Shown: piece after piece, positions 28,762 to 37,139 of the stretch
Numbering within the stretch: the stretch's first letter is position 1
How the letters are laid out: every line of letters starts with the position of its first letter
Virus record (IMG/VR): IMGVR_UViG_3300032318_001284
Span: 1 to 62,494 of that record
Length of the DNA stretch: 62,494 bases
Strand: one strand, 5' to 3'
From: a virus
Lineage: Duplodnaviria; Caudoviricetes
The notes under the pieces: generated by a model
Told to the model about the DNA's origin: nothing
What the model saw: only the letters and a program-made list of their open reading frames with translations
Databases searched by the model: none
Program-made: the position numbers and the translations under genes

Positions 28762-29756
28762 AGCCGCAGATCGTACTCGACTACGAATCGGGCAAGCTCA
28801 AGGGGTACGTTCCTGACCCCGAGGCGGATCGCGGTCTGGCCAAATACCTGACCGAGATGGGCGGCTATGCTGACGCACGCGATGCTATCTCAGACTACGG
28901 TCTGTTTAACAGCGGGGCGGGCAAGCTCTGCCTGACATACAAAGCGGCCACGACCCTGTTCCCCGGGTGCCTGCCCGGAGGATACCAGCAGCGCGGTTCG
29001 TGCGTGGCGTGGTCGAGCCGCAACGCCGCTCTGGTTTCCTACTGCGCGTACATCATGTACGGCCGCAACGAGGAACGCTTCGCCGTGCCCGTTGTTTCAG
29101 ACACTGCCATCCATAACGGGGTCGCCTCTACCGAAGGGGTCTACTGGTTCAGGGCACACGGCGGGGACGGGTGGCAGTGCAGTTCAGCGGCCAAGGTTCT
29201 CATTGAGAACTGCGGTCTGCTGCTGCGAAAGAATTACCCCGAAATCAACATCGACTTGACGGTGTATGACAAGAACACCGAGGGCCGATGGGGTGCGTCT
29301 CCTCCCCCGGAGAACGTGCGAGAAGTTTGCCGCCAGCATCTCTGTTCCAACGCTACCGAAGTCAAGAGTTGGACAGCGGCCCGCGACATGCTGGCTAATG
29401 GCTATGCCCTCAGTACCTGCGGTAGCGAGGCATTCGTAGACACCCGCGATGAATGGGGCGTCTGCGACCAGAACACCCGGGACTCTTGGGCCCACGCGAT
29501 GGCGGCGATAGCGGCCGATGATCGCCCCGAGACGATTGCCAAGTACGGCTGCGGCCTGCTGTTAATCCAGAACAGTTGGCCAGTATCGTACCTGTCAGGC
29601 ACCGATCTAATTCACGGGACCAGCCAGCGGATTCCTCCCGGCTCATTCTGGGCAAGGTGGACGGACCTGCAAGACAGGTACATGGTTGCCATTGGCCCGA
29701 GCAAGGGGTGGCCAGCCAACAAACTCCCCGACTGGGGGCTTGCTCAGATCATATGA
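28758..29756 (+). CDS. Papain-like C1-family cysteine peptidase
   Basis: QQRGSCVAWS (Gln/Cys), WAHAM (His), IQNSW (Asn) and GSFW. Confidence 0.85.
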   Translation: MKPQIVLDYESGKLKGYVPDPEADRGLAKYLTEMGGYADARDAISDYGLFNSGAGKLCLTYKAATTLFPGCLPGGYQQRGSCVAWSSRNAALVSYCAYIMYGRNEERFAVPVVSDTAIHNGVASTEGVYWFRAHGGDGWQCSSAAKVLIENCGLLLRKNYPEINIDLTVYDKNTEGRWGASPPPENVREVCRQHLCSNATEVKSWTAARDMLANGYALSTCGSEAFVDTRDEWGVCDQNTRDSWAHAMAAIAADDRPETIAKYGCGLLLIQNSWPVSYLSGTDLIHGTSQRIPPGSFWARWTDLQDRYMVAIGPSKGWPANKLPDWGLAQII

Positions 29757-29980
29757 ACAACAACGACAAACCCGGCGTCTGGTTTTATTTCATTCATATC
29801 GCAAGCGTAGTGGTGCTGATATGGCAGATCGACATGGCAGTTCAAGCGGGCATCGCAGCGTCCATTCGGCCGAAGGCGCCCTCGCCTTCCAAGGAAACGC
29901 CACCACAGATGCAGCCGGCGCAGCCCCCATGTTTGCCGGGTCAGCAGTGCCCGCCAACGGCCCCGACCCCTCGCAGGTGA
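29753..29980 (+). CDS. Small membrane protein with Pro/Cys tail
   Basis: ATGA overlap; TM segment VWFYFIHIASVVVLIW; CLPGQQCP. Confidence 0.6.
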   Translation: MNNNDKPGVWFYFIHIASVVVLIWQIDMAVQAGIAASIRPKAPSPSKETPPQMQPAQPPCLPGQQCPPTAPTPRR

Positions 29981-30207
29981 ACCTCCATCTGGAGTTCTTC
30001 TACAAGGTGGCCGAGCGTTTCGGCGTGCCTGTAGTCCTGCTTCTGGTGGTCATGTGGTGGGCCAAGAACGATTTGGTGCAGCCATTGCTCGACGCCCACT
30101 TCGATTTCATCCGCAAGATTACAGTTGCCCACGATAAGCAGGCCGATGAGTTGTCTGGGATAGGCGACAAGCTGGACACGCTTATCCGCATATCAGACAA
30201 CAAATGA
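29977..30207 (+). CDS. Holin-like single-TM protein
   Basis: GTGA overlap; ERFGVPVVLLLVVMWW followed by a coiled coil. Confidence 0.55.
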   Translation: MNLHLEFFYKVAERFGVPVVLLLVVMWWAKNDLVQPLLDAHFDFIRKITVAHDKQADELSGIGDKLDTLIRISDNK

Positions 30208-30725
30208 GAAAGCGCCGACGCCTGACCGTGGCGCAGCAGCGCATGGCAGAAGACTGCCTGCGTTTCTGCAAGCCGGCGATAGCCACGTTCCTGAAACGGA
30301 ACCCCGACCTCCGGGCCAGCGCCCGGCGGGTGGACTTGGAGAGCGTGGCGATGCAGGCTGTGGTCATGGCGGCGACCACGTACAAGCCAGAGAGAAGTTT
30401 GCCGACAACCTACTTCGGCTCCGCTATCCGGCACGCCCTGTTTAGGGAAGTGCTGACGCAGGCCAAGCAGGACGGCAGGTATGTCACAGTAGAAAAGATA
30501 CTGGACCCTGAACCGGTGGGGCACCGCACCCGTCAGGAGATGCGGGCCCTGAAAGCCATCCGCATGCTGTCCGCTTATGATCGGACGCTGCTGGAAGACC
30601 GGCTTATAGAGGCAGTCACGTTAGAACAGCTAGGTCTAGAGCAAGGACTTGACCCACGAACGATTGCCAAGCGAGTTCGTGAAGCCGTTGAGAAACTGCG
30701 GCAGGCCGAATCAAACCTTCCCTGA
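30204..30725 (+). CDS. Phage-encoded sigma70-family sigma factor (regions 2 and 4 only)
   Basis: DLESVAMQAVVMAATTYKPERS..TTYF..AIR (region 2); LSAYDRTLL...TLEQLG...RTIAKRVREAVEKLR (region 4 HTH). Confidence 0.8.
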   Translation: MRKRRRLTVAQQRMAEDCLRFCKPAIATFLKRNPDLRASARRVDLESVAMQAVVMAATTYKPERSLPTTYFGSAIRHALFREVLTQAKQDGRYVTVEKILDPEPVGHRTRQEMRALKAIRMLSAYDRTLLEDRLIEAVTLEQLGLEQGLDPRTIAKRVREAVEKLRQAESNLP

Positions 30726-31463
30726 CCGCACTAGCTTCCTGACTTCTTTGTACCCCGTGACCTTGGGGTATCCGAGAGCGTGGGCATTGAGGGCCCATCG
30801 CACCGCCTCCCTGCTGCGGAACTGCCGCTTGTTGGGGAATTGTTTCTGCGTGTAAGACCAGAGCGCGATCCTCTCCATGGACATGCCGGCAGCATGCAGC
30901 TTGGAGATATGCTCTGCCAGCACACGCTCCTGTGGGTCCGCCCGATACACCCGATGCGGCCTCCGGCCCACTGCCTTCCAGCCAACCGGCACGCCACGGC
31001 TGAACGGCAGGCCCAGCGATTTGCGGTAGGCGATAGTTTCCCGCACTGCCTCAGAAGAAACCTCCCTCCATAGTTGATCCGCTGCCATATGCACACGCCT
31101 GACGAACCTGCCGTGGGCTCGGGTCGTGTCAATGGGCATGTCCAGAGCGTGCAGCGTCACCCGACGCAGGCTCAACTGGTGAAGCGTGTTCTCCCCGTCA
31201 CGCACAGAGCGGAATGGCCGGCTCATCTTGGCAACCACCAGATGGTCGCCGGGCTGTAGGGATGCCACCACGATCCGCCCTTGCTCTCGTTCACCGAACA
31301 GGATGGCTGATGTTATGGCCTCATCGTAGAACCAGCCCGCCAACTCCACCCCCTTGGGCAGGAGTTCGCGTTCGTAGTAGCGTTGACAGATGTCAAGCTG
31401 AACCTCCTGCGTCAAGTCCTGCTTGTCTGTGCTATGTCTGCCGTAGAGAAATGCCCGTGCCAT
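30711..31463 (-). CDS. Serine recombinase (resolvase/invertase catalytic domain plus recombinase-like C-terminus)
   Basis: YGRHSTDKQ catalytic Ser motif, GD.LVV.KMSR.FR, IDTT..GR, G.P.GW. Confidence 0.9.
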   Translation of the reverse strand: MARAFLYGRHSTDKQDLTQEVQLDICQRYYERELLPKGVELAGWFYDEAITSAILFGEREQGRIVVASLQPGDHLVVAKMSRPFRSVRDGENTLHQLSLRRVTLHALDMPIDTTRAHGRFVRRVHMAADQLWREVSSEAVRETIAYRKSLGLPFSRGVPVGWKAVGRRPHRVYRADPQERVLAEHISKLHAAGMSMERIALWSYTQKQFPNKRQFRSREAVRWALNAHALGYPKVTGYKEVRKLVRSGKV

Positions 31464-31495
31464 TCAACCCTCCCCGGTTGTTTGGTTAGAGATGG

Positions 31496-31541
31496 AAAAA
31501 AGAAAGGGGCGGGGGCCACGATGTTGTGGAACCCCCGCCCC
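31496..31541 (-). terminator. Intrinsic terminator upstream of the recombinase
   Basis: GGGGCGGGGG/CCCCCGCCCC stem followed on the minus strand by TTTCTTTTT. Confidence 0.75.
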
Positions 31542-31551
31542 GAATAGCAAA

Positions 31552-31938
31552 CTACCAACCACCGAACTCGTTCTGCTCCCGCTGCCGCCGCCATTTGTTG
31601 GCTAGCTTGGCGGCACGGACGCGCTCCTCCATGTCGAGCATGGCCAGCAACCCCAACGCCATCTTCCTGCCCACGTTCAGTTCGACCTCGCCATCGACGG
31701 CTCGGTAGAGGTACGTGATCAGCAGCGCGTTCATCTGCACGTTCCGCCTCCGGTCGGCGTACCGATGCACGATGTCACGCAGCGGGGAGGGCACTGCCAG
31801 ACTGGTGTACAAAGGATCAGCCTCGTAGATGCGGGCTAAGTCCTTGCACTGCTCGACCGTCAGCTTGAGCCGGCCACGACGCTCTCGGGAGGCGATCTCC
31901 CCGATTGCCCGGAGCGTTTCCCTCTCACTGTCCCGCAT
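31552..31938 (-). CDS. Hypothetical protein
   Basis: GAGG RBS, ATG at 31938 (MRDSERE). Confidence 0.55.
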   Translation of the reverse strand: MRDSERETLRAIGEIASRERRGRLKLTVEQCKDLARIYEADPLYTSLAVPSPLRDIVHRYADRRRNVQMNALLITYLYRAVDGEVELNVGRKMALGLLAMLDMEERVRAAKLANKWRRQREQNEFGGW

Positions 31939-32198
31939 GGAGTCAACCTCACGTGCGCCTTCCAGTCGAATCTGAAGCCGTGACCAGTAGTCTCCCATAT
32001 CACCCCCTTCAGCAAGAGCCCATGAATTAAAGCCATGACAGAGTTTGTAGACTTGTACTGGAACCACTTCTGGATGTCACGGTAGGTGGGCTGCACGCCC
32101 GTGTCCAAGATGCTCTTGGCCACGAGCCACAGCAACATATGCTCACGCTCCGTCAGACCCTCGGGGCAACCGTACACCTTGTCGGCCGGCACCTTCAT
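31860..32198 (-). CDS. LexA-type N-terminal winged-HTH protein (no peptidase domain)
   Basis: LTERE..LL.....I...G..PTYRDI.....KSTNSV...I..L..KG.I. Confidence 0.75.
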   Translation of the reverse strand: MKVPADKVYGCPEGLTEREHMLLWLVAKSILDTGVQPTYRDIQKWFQYKSTNSVMALIHGLLLKGVIWETTGHGFRFDWKAHVRLTPCGTVRGKRSGQSGRSPPESVVAGSS

Positions 32199-32539
32199 TC
32201 ACCGCCCCCTTTCTGCTCCAAGCGATAGAGAGCATTGCGAACGCCGCTCACGCTCATCTTAAACCGGCGGGCCAGCGTGCGGGTGGCCATGCCCTTCTTC
32301 CGCAGCGCCAACAACTCCTGAAACTCCTGCGTCGTGAGGTTGGGGCGGCGGCGCTTGATGCGCCGACGCACGTTGATCGTCGCCTCGCCATTGCTGGCGG
32401 GACGGGGAGCCGGAACACGCGCCGGCGATTGGTCATCCAGCCACACCACATTGAAGCCAGCACGAATCAGAGCCACCAACTCGGCGGCATGCCGGTCCGT
32501 GTACACCAACTCCTTGCTCACCAAACAGCGTCCAGTCAT
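32195..32539 (-). CDS. HTH DNA-binding protein
   Basis: RRPNLTTQE..EL..LRKKG...RTLARRFKMS.SGVRNAL. Confidence 0.75.
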   Translation of the reverse strand: MTGRCLVSKELVYTDRHAAELVALIRAGFNVVWLDDQSPARVPAPRPASNGEATINVRRRIKRRRPNLTTQEFQELLALRKKGMATRTLARRFKMSVSGVRNALYRLEQKGGGE

Positions 32540-33567
32540 TCGCCATTCTCCTTGTCAAGAAACCCGGTCGGAACCTGCTCCAACCGTTTACGATGAACCA
32601 CGGTGCCACGACGGAACCGTATGCGGGGGATTTTGCGGCCATGACCCGTCCAGTAGAGGGCGGCGGGCGAGGCGGCACGAACATGAGGAACGACTTCGAT
32701 GTTGCGGCCCACATTGAAACCGTAGCTGCCACGACGAATGGCCTTGTTCACCAGACCAAGGTCGCCGGTTCGCTCAAACTTATCCTCGTCGGCCTTCAAC
32801 ACAATAGGCTCGACCAGATTTTTATCCTCGGCCATGAGGCACAGGGTGCAGACGATGCGGGCAACGTCACGCACGATGCTGTCGGGGTATGCCACACCGT
32901 AGTCGGCAGAGTCATGTCGCGGGATGTTCTCAAACGACCACTCGATTGTCCTTCCCTCCTCGCAAACAAGGTGCTTGTACATCATCCGGCACAGCTTCCC
33001 GTATTGGCCAACGGGATACTGTTCATCCGGTGTTTGCACCATCGGCTCGTTAATGTCCAACCACATGCCAATCCCGCGAACGAAGTGGTCCGGGTGCGTC
33101 TCCCACGTACCGTCCATCCAGCCCTGCGTATTCCGGTTGCCTCCCCTTACCAGAGACACGTTCCCGCATAACACGGCCCTGACCCTCCACTCCTTGCCCT
33201 TGTCTGTCCACACCAAGTGATTGCCTTCCATCGGCAGACGCAGCAGCAGCACCGGCAATGGCAGGCGAAAATAGCCGGCGTCTGCATCCAGCCGCATCTT
33301 GGTGAGGGCGGGAATGATGCTGGGCCAGAGGTTGTAATAAGGCCGCTCGCCCTCATGCCACTCCGCCTCCATCTGCAACAGTGCCGGGGTCAGCGGATCG
33401 ACCAGTTGGATGGGCTTGCCAGTCATCTCCAATGCCCGCTCGGAGAGCAGGCCCGTATAGCCCTTGAAGAATTCCCTTGGCGTCATGTTGCGAAACATCT
33501 TCTTCGCGCCTGCATTCGGGCTAGATTTGTGAAGCTGGAAGTGGGTACGGTAATCGTAGAACTGCAT
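32536..33567 (-). CDS. Conserved phage hypothetical protein
   Basis: GGAGG RBS; C-terminal PHVR....YWTG.GR basic motif. Confidence 0.7.
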   Translation of the reverse strand: MQFYDYRTHFQLHKSSPNAGAKKMFRNMTPREFFKGYTGLLSERALEMTGKPIQLVDPLTPALLQMEAEWHEGERPYYNLWPSIIPALTKMRLDADAGYFRLPLPVLLLRLPMEGNHLVWTDKGKEWRVRAVLCGNVSLVRGGNRNTQGWMDGTWETHPDHFVRGIGMWLDINEPMVQTPDEQYPVGQYGKLCRMMYKHLVCEEGRTIEWSFENIPRHDSADYGVAYPDSIVRDVARIVCTLCLMAEDKNLVEPIVLKADEDKFERTGDLGLVNKAIRRGSYGFNVGRNIEVVPHVRAASPAALYWTGHGRKIPRIRFRRGTVVHRKRLEQVPTGFLDKENGE

Positions 33568-33797
33568 CACTTGTCCTCCACTGGGTAGATAATCGGCGCC
33601 CATGCGTCGGGGGCAGCGACGGCACTGGCGTTGTCAGAAAGAAACCACGACGGCCCCAAGCGAAACACAACCCGAGACACAGGGCAATTGCCATTGCGCC
33701 AGTAGGCCAGCACAATTGCGCCGGCCTCTGGCATGACAGTGGCTAGCTGCCATTCGCCTAATCTTGGCGCAAGATTCAGGATGTCAGAGCCCATCAC
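33567..33797 (-). CDS. Hypothetical protein
   Basis: Coupled to neighbours; W....MP...VL.Y pattern. Confidence 0.55.
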   Translation of the reverse strand: MMGSDILNLAPRLGEWQLATVMPEAGAIVLAYWRNGNCPVSRVVFRLGPSWFLSDNASAVAAPDAWAPIIYPVEDK

Positions 33798-34039
33798 TCG
33801 TCCTCCTGTTTGGATTCCTCAACCACTTGCTGCCAATAGTCATACAGTCCAAGAGCCTTGGACAATCGCTTCCACTGTCGCGTCCGCTCCCATCCGGGGA
33901 CGGTTTCCTCAAGCGTTACGCACGCCTCGGTAAGTGCGGCGGCTATCACCGCCATGTCTTTCATCACCATCTTCCAGCCCGACCTCTTGTATGTATTCGC
34001 CGCTGGTGCATGGCATTTCTTGCATCGCTCTAAAGCCAC
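33794..34039 (-). CDS. Hypothetical protein
   Basis: GGAGAGGG RBS and GTG at 34039; CKKC motif. Confidence 0.5.
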   Translation of the reverse strand: MALERCKKCHAPAANTYKRSGWKMVMKDMAVIAAALTEACVTLEETVPGWERTRQWKRLSKALGLYDYWQQVVEESKQEDE

Positions 34040-34055
34040 AGTCCCTCTCCCTTTA

Positions 34056-35171
34056 CTAGGTGATGTTGTTTTCGCAGATGCCGGGGAAACGCAAGAGAAC
34101 ATCCTTGGACGAATTGAACGGGATGTTCGACACGCTCATGCCGACGTTCCTCCCTTCGACTGCCGGCATGCCGTAGTTGATGGCAGCGATAGTGTCATAC
34201 TGCTTGAGCCACGGGTTCATGGGGTCGCGGTTGGCCATCGCCAGCAATGCCGCTTCCTCCCGCTGCCGGACGTAGAACGCGACCTCACGCAGAATTGCAT
34301 CCCTCCATTCACGCTGATACTGCACATCCCGCACGCAGTACGGCAACTCCGCGCCCACCTGTTCCATGCCGTATGCCAGATGCCTCGGGATCATGGCGAC
34401 GAACCTTTTGGATCGCGGCTTCGTGACCTGCACCTTGGGCACCGTGACAGCACGATTGACGGCGAACGTGCCGCACTCGTCGGGCGTTTTGTCGGGCCGC
34501 ATCTCGGCAGAGAAGAACGGCTGCATCGCAGTGATAGCACCGGCCTTGTAGTCGGCCCAGCGTGACGCAGAAGAACGCACGAATACACCAGACCAAATGG
34601 CGTGTTTGTAATCGTCGTGGTCGATAGCGCCGACGCAACCCATCGCAATGTCTTGTGTCATATGACGATGCTCGGAGTAGGCCCGCACGCCCGGACGCAG
34701 ATGCGGAAGCCAGTCTTTCTTCTGCATCTGATTGGCGTTAACACCGCTGGCCGCAGCCTCTTGCAGATACCTGCCGAAATAATGCAGCACGCGGTGCGAC
34801 ATGACAGGAACAGGAGCATTGCCCTTCGGCGCGAATGTTCCGATCACGCCAACCCGTGCGCAGCCGCCGGCGGGCGGCGCGAATGCCTGAGCCAGCGCCG
34901 CAACCGGCGCCTTGCAAGCACCAAAGAACGCATGGGCAAGAGTACGCACTGCCGTGGAGTGTGCCCTAGCAAGGAACCACCAAGTGAAGTGGGACGCGAT
35001 TGCCAGCCGAACAATGTCCGGGCACTGCCGCAGAGCCTGCGATTCCTCGCCCGGCGGCTTCTCCAGACCGAGATTGCGCAGCCAATGGTCAGCGTCCAAC
35101 AGTCCAACCTTGCCATTTGCAGTTGGCATGACGCACAGCGGATTCTCCGGCCGATAGCAGAGACTGCTCAT
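34056..35171 (-). CDS. Hypothetical protein
   Basis: Long ORF; TGATG coupling with the upstream gene at 35171. Confidence 0.65.
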   Translation of the reverse strand: MSSLCYRPENPLCVMPTANGKVGLLDADHWLRNLGLEKPPGEESQALRQCPDIVRLAIASHFTWWFLARAHSTAVRTLAHAFFGACKAPVAALAQAFAPPAGGCARVGVIGTFAPKGNAPVPVMSHRVLHYFGRYLQEAAASGVNANQMQKKDWLPHLRPGVRAYSEHRHMTQDIAMGCVGAIDHDDYKHAIWSGVFVRSSASRWADYKAGAITAMQPFFSAEMRPDKTPDECGTFAVNRAVTVPKVQVTKPRSKRFVAMIPRHLAYGMEQVGAELPYCVRDVQYQREWRDAILREVAFYVRQREEAALLAMANRDPMNPWLKQYDTIAAINYGMPAVEGRNVGMSVSNIPFNSSKDVLLRFPGICENNIT

Positions 35172-35590
35172 CAGATCACCCCCTTCTTGGTGTAATAGGA
35201 AACCTTCTTGCGATAGAGCTTGGCCTTCGTGGCCGCAAGTTTCTGCTTGCGTGTCCACTCCACAACCTTGGCCCGTGCAGCGATAGCCCTACGCTCGACC
35301 AGCGTCAGTGGCTTGGCGCCCTTGGCGGGCGGCTTGCGCCGTGCGGGCGGCATCGAGAACAGCGGCTCGTAGTTGTGCCGCTTGTTTCGATAAGCCTTGA
35401 ACACCCGGACGATCTCGCCCTCAAAGTATTGGGCCAGACCGTCCACTCCTGCGAGGTAATCGTCGCCCGGATTGAGGGCCACGTACCCCGTCTGCCGCAT
35501 GCGTTTGACAGCATTGCGGATGGCGACCCGGCACTGCTTGCGCAGGTCGCGGGCCGCATTGCAGAACACGTACTCCGTCTTCTTATTCAC
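35171..35590 (-). CDS. Basic hypothetical protein
   Basis: GGAGG RBS; C-terminal W.RK.KLA.TK.K.YRKKV.YY. Confidence 0.7.
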   Translation of the reverse strand: MNKKTEYVFCNAARDLRKQCRVAIRNAVKRMRQTGYVALNPGDDYLAGVDGLAQYFEGEIVRVFKAYRNKRHNYEPLFSMPPARRKPPAKGAKPLTLVERRAIAARAKVVEWTRKQKLAATKAKLYRKKVSYYTKKGVI

Positions 35591-35653
35591 CGTGGCCTCC
35601 CGTTGGTGAGATAAAGGGCGATACCGAGAAACGCAATCAGCGTGGCAATCTCA

Positions 35654-37048
35654 TCAGCCGACATAGCTGGGCGCCTCCTTCGTCAGGTCAACGACACGGG
35701 CCCACTTTGGAGGGGCACAGTCGTGGGCGACAGCAGCCACCACGAGACGGGCACGAGTGGGCTTGTTGGGCCAGTGCGTGCCGCAGTCAGTCACGATCAC
35801 GATGCAGTCGGGACGGTACTTCGCATCGGCATACTCGATGGCATGCTGCATCCCCGTGCCGCCGCCACCGCACCACTTGAAGTCCCGCATCGAGGCAAAC
35901 CGTGCGTCCCCCTGCAAGCCATCGTCCCACGAGATGACCCGTGGATTCCGCAGCCGCCGCACACCCTGCGTGATGGCAGTCACAGCACGGGCTACGCGAT
36001 CACTCTGGGCACCGCGCCCCATTGAGCCAGACGTGTCAAGAATAATCACGCACTCCGGGTTCATGCGGATGACGCCGCGAACAGGGAAGTCATCGTGCTG
36101 CTGCATCCGGCCGGGCTTGCGGAACGTGTACTCGTCCACTCCCACTACCGTGGATGTTTCCTTGCCAACGATGGACTTCAACTGGTCATAGGGATCGGGT
36201 TGCCGGCGAAGCCGCACGTTCAGCGACTGCGACAACCTCCCCATCCCCTTGCCCATGCCCGGTCCGCCATCGTCTTCCATCTGCTGCCGGACTTCCTCCA
36301 GCCGGGCCAGATTGCCGGCCGTGCTGGCAAGATCGGACTCCAATTCGTAGTCCTGCTTGACGCCGTCAGATGCAGACCCGGACTTGCCGTGTGGCTGCTT
36401 GCCCTTGGGCTGCTTGCCAGTGCCGGGAGAACCGCCGCCGTCGCCGCTATCGTCCGATGGCTGGCCACCGGAACCCTGCTGCTGCCCCGGTTGGCTGGGC
36501 TGATTACCGGGCCCCTGACCGGGCTGTTTGCCGGGCTGCGGCTGATTGCCGGGCTGCTGACCGGGCGGCTTGGGCTGTTGCGGATTGCCGTTGTTCCACA
36601 GTATGCCGTAGTACCGCTCGGTCGAGAGTCCGGGCACCATCTCGGGGATGTGGGAGTAGTTGTCCAGTTCCACGGATGGCAGCGGACGATACTTGTCCCA
36701 GTCCGCCAGAATCTGCTGGATGCACAGGTCTGCGGCCTCGTTCCACTTCTCCAGCATCTCCGGGGTGGCTTCGGGTATGGCCTGCTCCCGTCGCTCGGCA
36801 TGGTTCAGCAGGTTGTGGCACATCTCGTGCAGCAGAACGTAGGCGTTCTGTTCCACGCCCCACTGGTTGACCCACTCGGGGTTGATGTAGAGCCTGCCGT
36901 CGCAGTCCACGCCCATGGTGGGCACCCCGTCATCGAAGATCGTCGGGCATCCCTCCAGATACCCGCCGAGGTACTTCATCCACGCTTGGGCAATCTCCTT
37001 TGCCTTGCTCACTGCGACGATATGCGTCGGCAGTTTGGTAGTCGCCAT
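35654..37048 (-). CDS. HEXXH metallopeptidase-like plus vWA domain protein (DUF2201-like)
   Basis: TMGVD, LLHEMCH...H..R, WN.AAD; Q/P/G linker; MIDAS motifs DTSGSM, GGGT, TD. Confidence 0.9.
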   Translation of the reverse strand: MATTKLPTHIVAVSKAKEIAQAWMKYLGGYLEGCPTIFDDGVPTMGVDCDGRLYINPEWVNQWGVEQNAYVLLHEMCHNLLNHAERREQAIPEATPEMLEKWNEAADLCIQQILADWDKYRPLPSVELDNYSHIPEMVPGLSTERYYGILWNNGNPQQPKPPGQQPGNQPQPGKQPGQGPGNQPSQPGQQQGSGGQPSDDSGDGGGSPGTGKQPKGKQPHGKSGSASDGVKQDYELESDLASTAGNLARLEEVRQQMEDDGGPGMGKGMGRLSQSLNVRLRRQPDPYDQLKSIVGKETSTVVGVDEYTFRKPGRMQQHDDFPVRGVIRMNPECVIILDTSGSMGRGAQSDRVARAVTAITQGVRRLRNPRVISWDDGLQGDARFASMRDFKWCGGGGTGMQHAIEYADAKYRPDCIVIVTDCGTHWPNKPTRARLVVAAVAHDCAPPKWARVVDLTKEAPSYVG

Positions 37049-37074
37049 GTTGCAAACCTTTCTGAGTTAGAGTT

Positions 37075-37118
37075 GCCACGGGGCGTAGCTGCGCATTCGC
37101 CTTACTACGCCCCGTGGC
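37075..37118. other. Perfect 14-bp intergenic stem-loop
   Basis: GCCACGGGGCGTAG / CTACGCCCCGTGGC with no U-tract. Confidence 0.7.
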
Positions 37119-37139
37119 GGGGAGTGAATCGACAAGGAA

